A DNA stretch of 64,000 nt. Origin: the human T2T-CHM13v2.0 reference genome, Homo sapiens. The stretch lies in the NCBI RefSeq assembly GCF_009914755.1, contig NC_060940.1, one strand, 5' to 3'. The translations under genes were made by a program, and so were the position numbers. The notes under the pieces are model-generated. The model was not told the DNA's origin. It was given only the letters and a program-made list of their open reading frames with translations, and did no database searches. Within the stretch, counting starts at the first letter, position 1; every line of letters starts with the position of its first letter. Positions 54,721-64,000 of this stretch are shown piece by piece.

Positions 54721-57700
54721 GATGTTGATTCTGTTCAAATCCATTCGATGATTCCACTCGATTCCATTCGATGACTCCAGTTGATCCCATTCGATGATTT
54801 CCTTTGATTCCCTTTCATGATCATTCTATTTGATTCAATTCGGTGATTTCATTTGATTCCATTCAATGATGTTTCTATTCGACTCCATTCGATGATGATT
54901 CCATTCGACTCCATTCGATTATGATTTCATTCAATTCCATTCGATAATGATTCCCTTCGAGTGCATTCGATGATTCCATTCGATTCCATTCAACGATGAT
55001 TTGATTCGTGTCCATTCTATGATTCCATTTGATTCCACTTGATGATGATTCCATTCGAGTCCATTTGATGATTCCTTTCAATTCCATTCTCCGATGATTT
55101 CTTTTGAGCCCATTCAATGCTTCCACTCGATTCCATATGATGATGACTCCATTCGATGAAATTCGATGATGATTCCATTCGCTTGCGTTCGATGATGATT
55201 CCACTTGAGTCCGTTAGAAGATTCTATTCAATTACATTCCATGACGATTCCGTTCGAGTCCATTTGATGATTCCATTAGACTCCATTCGACGATGATTCC
55301 ATTCGATGTTATTCGATGATTCCATTCGATCTCATTCGATGATGATTCCATTCAACTCCATTCGATGTTTCCATTCGAGTTCATTCTATTATTCCATTAG
55401 ATTCCATTCGATGATGATTCCATTCGATTCCATTTGATGATTGCGTTCTATTTCATTTGATGATGATTCCATTCGAGTCCACTCGATGATTCCATTCGAG
55501 TCCATTTAATGAATCCATTGGTTTCAATTCTATGATGATTACATTGGATTCCATTCGTTGATGATTTCATTCGGTTCCATTCAATGATGATTCCATTCAA
55601 TTCCTTTCAATGTTTCCATTCAATTCCATACGATGATGATTCCATTTGATTTGATTCGACAGTGAGCCATTCGATTCAATTCCATGATGATTCTATTTGA
55701 TTCAATTGGTTGACATTTCCATTCGATTCCATTCGATGATGATTCCCTTTGATTCCATTCAAAGATGATTCCATTCTAGCCCATTCAATCATTCCATTCG
55801 ATTCTATTCAATGATGATTCCATTCATGTCGATTTGGTGATTCCATTTGACTTCATTTGATGATGATTCCTTTCAAGTTCATTAGATGATTCCATTCGAT
55901 TCCATTTGATGATGATCCCATTCGAGTCCATTTGATGATTCCATTCGTTTCCATTCCATGATGATTCCATTCCATTCCATTCAGTGATTCCATTCGATTC
56001 CGTTTGGTGATGATTTCATTCGAGTCCATTTGATGATTCCATTTGATTCCATTCGATGATGATTCCATTCGAGTCCATTCGATGATTCTATTCGAATCCA
56101 CTTGATGATTTCTTTTGATTATAGTTGGTGATGATTCCATTGGAGTCCATTCAATGATTCCATTCGATTCCAATCGATGGTGATTCCATTAGAGTCCATT
56201 TAATGATTCCATTTGATTCCAGTCTCTGATGATTACATTCGAGTCCATACGATGATTCCACTCAATTCCATATGATGATGATTCCATTCGATTCCATTCG
56301 ATGATTCCATTCTATTCTATTCAATGGTGATTCCATTCGAGTACATTAGATGATTCCATTCGATTCCATTCAATGATGATTCTATTTGTGTCCCTTAGAT
56401 GATTCCACATGATTCCATTAGATGATGATACTATTTGAGCCCATCCAATGATTCCCTTTGATTCCATTCGATGAGGATTCCATTCGATTCAATTCATTGG
56501 TGATTCTATTCAATTCAATTCTTTGATTCCATTGCATTCCATTCGACAATGATTCCATTCGATTTCTTTCGATGATTCCACTCGATTCCACTTGACATTG
56601 ATTCCCTTCGATTCCATTCAATGATTCCATTTGATTCCAGTGGATGATGATTGCCATCGATTCCATTCGATCACTCCATTCTATTCCATTTGATGATGAT
56701 TACATTCGATTCCATTTGATGATTCCATCTGATTCTATTCGAGGATTCCATTTGATTCCATTCGATGATGATTCCATTCGAGTCCATTCGATGATTTCAT
56801 TCGAGTACATCCAATGATTCCATTCGAGTCCATTTGATGATTCCATTTGATTCCATTTGATAATGATTCTACTAGAGTCCATTCAATGACTCCATTGGAG
56901 TCCGTTCAACAATTCCATTCGACTCCATTCGATGATTCCATTCGATTCCATTTGATGATTCCATTCGAGTCCTTTTAATCATTACAGTCGAGTCCATTTG
57001 GTGATTCCACCGGATTTCTTTTGATAATGATACCATTCAATTACATTTGATGATGATCCCATTCAATTTCATTTGATGATGATTCCATTAGAGTCCATTC
57101 GATGATTTCATTCGAGTCCCTTCATTGATTCCATCCGATTTCATTGGATGATGACTCCATTCGAGTCCATTCGATGATTCCACTCGATTCCATTAGATGA
57201 TTCCATTGGAGTCCATTTGATTGTTCCATTCGATTCCATTCGATTCCTTTCGAAGATTATTCCATTTGAGTCCATTCGATGATGATTCCATTCCATTCCA
57301 TTCGATGATTCCGTTTGATTCCATTCGATGATTCCCTTCGATTCCTTTCTTTGATGATTCCATTCCATTCCATTCAATGATTCCATTCGAATCTATTCCA
57401 TGATGATTCCTTTCGATTCCATTCGCTGATGTATCCGTTCAATTCCATTCGATGATGATTCCATTCGATTCCATTCATTGAGGATTCCATTTGATTCCAT
57501 TCAATGATGATTCCATTCTATTCCATTCAATGATTGCATTCAATTCCATTCAATGATTATCCCCTTAGAGTAAACTCAACGATTCCATTCAATACCATTC
57601 GATGATGATTCCTTTTGAGTCCATTCAATGATTTCATTCAAGTCCATTTGATGATTCCTTTCAATTCCATTCTATGATGATTCCATTCGAGTCCATTCGA

Positions 57701-60700
57701 TGATTCCATTCGATTGCATTCGATTATTCCATTATATTCCAGTCAACGATGATTCCATTCGAGTCCATTCGATGATTCCACTAGAGTACATTTAATGATT
57801 GCTTTGTTTTCAATTCGAAGATGATTACATTGGATTCCATTCTATGATACCATTCGATTCCATTCAATGATGATTCCACTCAAATCCATTGGATGATTCC
57901 ATTCGTGTCCATTCGGTGATTTCATTAGATTCCATTCGAGGATGATTCCATTCGATTCCATTCGATGATTCCATTCAATTCCATTCGATGATGATTCCAT
58001 TCCAGTCCATATGATCATTCCATTTGATTTCATTCGATGATGATTCCATTCGAGTCCATTCGATGATTCCATTCGATTCCATTTAATGATTCCATTGGGT
58101 TCAATTCAATGATGATTACATTGGATTCCGTTCTATGATTCCATTCAATTCCGTTCATTGACAATTTGATTCCATTCGATGATGATTCCATTTGAGTTCA
58201 TTCGATGATTCTATTCGATTCTCTTCGATGGTGATTCAATTCTATTATATTGGATGATTCCATTCGATTCCATTTGATGTTGATTCAATTCGATTCTATT
58301 CGATGATGATTCCATTGGATTTCACTTGATGATTCTATTCGATTCCATTCAATGATGATTCACTTCTCGTCCATTGGATGATTCCATTTCATTCCATTCG
58401 ATGATGATTCCATTCGATTCCATTCGATGATTCCATTTGATTCCATGCGACGGTGAGCAATTCGATTCAATTCCATGATGATACTATTTGATTCAATTAG
58501 ATGATGTTTCCATTCGAATCCATTCCATGATTATTCCATTGGAATCCATTTGGCGATGATTCCATATGAATCAATTCAATGATGATTCCATATGGGTCCG
58601 TTCGATGATAATTCCATTTGATTTCATTCGATGCTTCTATTCAATTCCAGTTGATGATGATTCCGTTGGAGTCCATACGATGATTCCATTTGATTTCATT
58701 TGATGATGATTCCATTCGATGATGATTACATTGGATTCCATTCTATGATTCCATTCAATTCCATTCGTTGATGATTCGATTCCATTCAATGATGATTCCA
58801 TTTGAGTTCATTCGATGATTCTATTTGATTCCGTTCGATGGTGATTCAATTCTATTATATTGGATGATTCCACTCGATTCCATTTGATGATTATTCCATT
58901 GGAGTCCACTTAGTGAATCCTTTAGATTCTACTCGAAGATGATTCCATTCGAGTCCATTCAATGATACCATTCCATTTCATTCGTTGATGCTTCCATTCA
59001 AGTGCATTCGATGATATCATTCGATTCCATTTGATGATAATTCCATTTGATTCCATGCGATGATTCTATTCGATTCCATTCAATGATAATTCCATTCAAT
59101 TCAGTGATTCCTCTGGACTCCATTTGATGATGATTCCATTCAATGATTCCAATCCATTCTATTCCAAAATGATTCCATTTGAATCCATTTGATGATGATT
59201 CCATTAGATACCATTTGATGATTCCATTCGATTCCATTTGACGATGATTCCATTCGATTCCATTCGATGATTCCATTCTATTCTATTCGATGATGATTCC
59301 ATTTGATTCCATTCGATGATGATTGGATTCAATTCCATTTGATGATTTCATTTGATTCCATTCGTTAATGATTTCGATCAACTCCATTCGGTGATTCCAT
59401 TTGATTCCATTCGATAATGATTACATCCGAGTCCATTCGATGATTCCATTTGAGCCCGTTCGATAATTCCATTTGAGTCCAATCAATGATTCCATTCATT
59501 TCCATTCAATGATTCCATTCGAGTCCATTTGATCATTCCGGTAGGGTCCGTTCGATGTTGATTCCATTGGAGTGCATTCGATGATTCCATTCGAGTCCAT
59601 TTTATGATTTGATTCGAGTCCTTTCGATGATTCCATTCGATTCCACTCGATGATGATTTCATTCGAGTCCATTCGACACTTCCAATCGATTCCATTTGAT
59701 GTTTCCATTCGAGTCCAGTTGATGATTCCATTCAATTCCATTCGATGATGATACCGTACGATTCCATTCTGTGATGATTCCATGTGATTGCATTCAATGA
59801 TGATTCCTTTCGATTGCATTCGATTATGATTCATTTCGTGTTCATTCTGTGGTTCCACAGGTTTCCATTCGATGACGTTTCCGTTCGTGTCCATTCCATT
59901 ATTCCATTCTATTTCATTTGATGATGATTCCATTCGATTCCATTCATTGGTGATTCCACTCAATTCCATTCAATGATTCCATTCCATTTCTTTCAACAAT
60001 GATTCCATTAGTTTCTATTCGATGATCCACTTGATTCCATTTGGCGATGATTCCATTCGTGTCCATTCGATGATTCCATTTGATTCCATATGATGATGAT
60101 TCCATTCGATTCCATACCATGATGATTCCATTCGAGTCCATTCAATGGTGATTCCATTCAATTCCATTCGATGATTCCTTCCGATTCCATTCGATGATGA
60201 TGACATTCGATTCCTTTCAATCATTCCCTTTGATTCCATTCAAAAGTGATTTCAATGAAGTCCATTCGATAATTGCATTCGATTCCATTCTATGATGATT
60301 CCATTCGAGTCCATTTGATGATTCCATTCAATTCAAGTCAATGATGATTCCATTCGATTCCACTCGATGATTCCATTGGATTCCATTCGATGATGATTCC
60401 ATTAAAATCCATTCGATAATTCAATTCAAGTCCATTCGATGATGATTCCAATCGAATCCATTCAAAGATTCCATTCAATTCCATTCGATGATGATTCCCT
60501 TAGATTCCATTCGATGATTCCACTTGATTCCATTTACGATGATTCCATTCGATTCCATGTGATGAATCCATTCAATTCTATTCAATGATGTTTCCATTTG
60601 ATTCCATTGGACCATGATTGCCTTTGATTCCATTCAATGATTCCATTCGGTTCCATTTGATGATGATTCCGTTCGATTCCATTTCATTATTCCATTTGAT

Positions 60701-63700
60701 TCCATTGGATGAGTCCATTCGATTACATTCGATGATTATTCCATTCGAGTGCATTAGATGACTGCATTCGAGTCCATTCGATGATTCCATTCGATTCCAT
60801 TCGATGTTGATTCTGTTCAAATCCATTCGATGATTCCACTCGATTCCATTCGATGACTCCATTTGATCCCATTCGATGATTTCCTGTGATTCCCTTTGAT
60901 GATCATTCTATTTGATTCAATTCGGTGATTTCATTTCATTCCATTCAGTGGTGTTTCCATTCGACTCTATTCGATGATGATTCCATTCGACTCCATTCGA
61001 TTATGATTTCATTCAATTCCATTCAATAATTATTCCCTTCGAGTCCATTTGATGATTCCATTCGATTCCATTCAACAATGATTTGATTCGTTTCCATTCG
61101 ATGATTCCATTTGATTCTACTTGATGATGATTCCATTCGAGTCCATTTGATGATTGCATTCGAGTCTATTTATGTATTATATTCGTGTCCACTTCATGAT
61201 TCCATTCAATTCCATTTAATGTTGATTCCATTTGATTCCATTTGATGATTCAGTTCGATTCCTTGCAATGATTCCCTACGATTCCGTTCTATGATGATTC
61301 CATTTGATTCCATTCATTGATGATTTCATTCGACTCCATTCGATGATGATTCCTTTCGATTCCATTTGACGATGTTTCCATTCGAGTCCATTTGATGATG
61401 ATTCTATTCAATTCTGTTCTATTATGATTCCATTCGATTTCATTCAATGCTTCTATTTGATTCCATTCGATGATGATTCCATCTCTTTCCCTTCGATGAT
61501 TCCATTTGATTCCATTCAGTGATGATTCCATTTGATTCCATCTGATGATGATTTCACTTGATTCCTTTCAATGATGATTCAATTCAAGTCCATTCGATGA
61601 TTCCATTGGAGTCCAAACGATCATTCCGTTCGATTCCATTCAATGGTGATTCCATTCATGTCCATTCGATGAATCCATTCAATTCCATTCGATGATGACT
61701 CCATTCGAGTACATTCGATGATTCCATTTGATTCCATTTGAAGATGATTCCATTCAATTCCATTCGAAGATGATTCCATTCAATTCCATTCGAAGATGAT
61801 TCCATTCAATTCCATTCGATGATGATTCCGTATGAATCCATTCTCTGATTATTACATTCGATTCCATTCATTGACGATTCCACTCAATTCCATTCAATGA
61901 TGATTCTCTTCTATTCCATTCGATGATTGCGGTCGATTCCATTCGATGATGATTCCATTAGATTCCATTCGATTGTTGCATTCGATTCCCTTCGATGATG
62001 ATTCCTTTGAATTCCATTCGATTATCATTCCGTATGAATCCATTTGATGATTATTCCATTGGATTCCTTTCGATGATGATTCCATTCGAGTCCATTCGGT
62101 GATTCTATTCGAATCCATTTGATGATTTCTTTTGATTATAGTTGTTGATGATTCCTTTGGAGTCCATTCAATGATTCCATTCGATTCCAATCGATGGTGA
62201 TTCCATTAGAGTCCATTTAATGATTCCATTTGATTCCAGTCTCTGATGATTACATTCGAGTCCATACGATGATTCCACTCAATTCCATATGATGATGATT
62301 CCATTCGATTCCATTCGATGATTCCATTCTATTCTATTCAATGGTGATTCCATTCGAGTACATTAGATGATTCCATTCGATTCCATTCAATGATGATTCT
62401 ATTTGTGTCCCTTAGATGATTCCACATGATTCCATTAGATGATGATACTATTTGAGCCCATCCAATGATTCCCTTCGATTCCATTCGATGAGGATTCCAT
62501 TCGATTCAATTCATTGGTGATTCTATTCAATTCAATTCTTTGATTCCATTGCATTCCATTCGACAATGATTCCATTCGATTTCTTTCGATGATTCCACTC
62601 GATTCCACTTGACATTGATTCCATTCGATTCCATTCAATGATTCCGTTTGATTCCAGTGGATGATGATTGCCATGAATTCCATTCGATCACTCCATTCTA
62701 TTCCATTTGATGATGATTACATTAGATTCCATTTGATGATTCCATCTGATTCTATTCGAGGATTCCATTTGATTCCATTTGATGATGATTCCATTCGAGT
62801 CCATTCGATGATTTCATTCGAGTACATCCAATGATTCCATTCGAGTCCATTTGATGATTCCATTTGATGCCATTTGATTATGATTCTACTAGAGTCCATT
62901 CAATGACTCCATTCGAATCCATTCAACAATTCCATTCGAGTCCATTCAATGATTCCATTTCATGATTCCATTCGAGTCCATTTAATCATTACAGTCGAGT
63001 CCGTTTGGTGATTCCAATGGATTTCTTTTGATAATGATACCATTCAATTACATTTGATGATGATCCCATTCAATTTCATTTGATGATGATTCCATTAGAG
63101 TCCATTCGATGATTTCATTCGAGTCCCTTCATTGATTCCATCCGATTTCATTTGATGATGACTCCATTCGAGTCCATTCGATGATTCCACTCGATTTCAT
63201 TAGATGATTCCATTGGAGTCCATTTGATTGTTCCATTCGATTCCATTCGATTCCTTTCGAAGATTATTCCATTTGAGTCCATTCGATGATGTTTCCATTC
63301 CATTCCATTCCATTCGATGATTCCGTTTGATTCCATTCGATGATTCCCTTTGATTCCTTTCTATGATGATTCCATTCCATTCCATTCAATGATTCCATTC
63401 GAATCTATTCCATGATGATTCCTTTCGATTCCATTCGCTGATGTTTCCGTTCAATTCCATTCGATGATGATTCCATTCGATTCCATTCATTGAGGATTCC
63501 ATTTGATTCCATTCAATGATGATTCCATTCTATTCCATTCAATGATTGCATTCAATTCCATTCAATGATTATCCCCTTAGAGTAAACTCAACGATTCCAT
63601 TCAATACCATTCGATGATGATTCCTTTTGAGTCCATTCAATGATTTCATTCAAGTCCATTTGATGATTCCTTTCAATTCCATTCTATGATGATTCCATTC

Positions 63701-64000
63701 GAGTCCATTCGATGATTCCATTCGATTCCATTCGATGTTGATTCTGTTCAAATCCATTCGATGATTCCACTCGATTCCATTCGATGACTCCAGTTGATCC
63801 CATTCGATGATTTCCTTTGATTCCCTTTGATGATCATTCTATTTGATTCAATTCGGTGATTTCATTTGATTCCATTCAGTGATGTTTCCATTCGACTCCA
63901 TTCGATGATGATTCCATTCGACTCCATTCGATTATGATTTCATTCAATTCCATTCGATAATGATTCCCTTCGAGTGCATTCGATGATTCCATTCGATTCC
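54721..64000 (+). repeat. Block C-D-E-F-G-H-I-A-B-part J-part D-E-F-B tail-C start; matches 45346-51700 (offset 9349-9375) and 37650-45612 (offset ~18.4 kb)
   Basis: 46478->55853 and 48467->57842 (9375); 49649->58998 and 50595->59944 (9349). Junction words at ~43700 and 45346 recur at ~62090 and 63734. Confidence 0.85.

Larger units (their letters stand above)
1..64000 (+). repeat. Human Satellite II (HSat2/HSATII) tandem array, CATTC strand on +, pericentromeric-type satellite
   Basis: Seen: every line is built from ttccattcga/ttccatttga/gtccattcga pentamer pairs separated by tga or tgatga, giving 23-bp (ttccattcgattccattcgatga) and 26-bp monomers with dense TCGA sites. Long pure (CATTC)n runs are absent. 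Established: CATTCGATTC enrichment with 23/26-bp periodicity distinguishes HSat2 from HSat3. Chromosome and species are not determinable by eye. Confidence 0.97.

Noticed and set aside
56-63385. Large set of minus-strand ORFs (60-193 aa) rich in MESNGIIEWN-like motifs
   Set aside because: These are translations of the GAATG/GGAATCATC strand, which has many ATGs and few stops, while the + strand is full of TGA. They overlap in several frames, are broken differently in each copy and show no domain or gene context. I used them only as landmarks.
1-64000. CRISPR-like repeat/spacer array or prokaryotic repeat-protein locus
   Set aside because: There are no unique spacers between constant repeats and no cas or other genes. 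All sequence is degenerate pentamer satellite.
1-64000. Inversion, or embedded Alu/L1/ERV, alpha satellite or telomeric repeat
   Set aside because: I saw no switch to GAATG on the + strand, no poly(A) tail and no non-satellite stretch on reading through. Very short inserts could have been missed.

Overview
The whole 64 kb window is one uninterrupted, single-orientation array of human/hominid Satellite II (HSat2/HSATII): a diverged CATTC-derived repeat dominated by CATTCGATTC / CATTCGAGTC / GATGAT words in 23- and 26-bp monomers, typical of pericentromeric heterochromatin. I see no gene, RNA gene, transposon, CRISPR array or inversion. All listed ORFs are translations of the GAATG strand of the satellite. 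What is informative is the higher-order architecture, which I reconstructed by using the recurring ORFs and rare variant words as landmarks (modules A-J, X, Y). The window holds ~6.13-kb units, ~4.13-kb units, a 2,996-bp unit and a single 12,714-bp long unit carrying sequence found nowhere else in the window. The shorter units look like deletion derivatives of the long unit. Larger block duplications occur at ~10.25, ~9.0-9.4, ~18.4 and ~26.96 kb spacing. Junctions re-use a few breakpoints, and indels come largely in monomer-sized steps (23, 26, 49, 72 bp). I found no evidence for a new coding system. Offsets were derived by eye from the coordinates and the ORF track, not from alignments.
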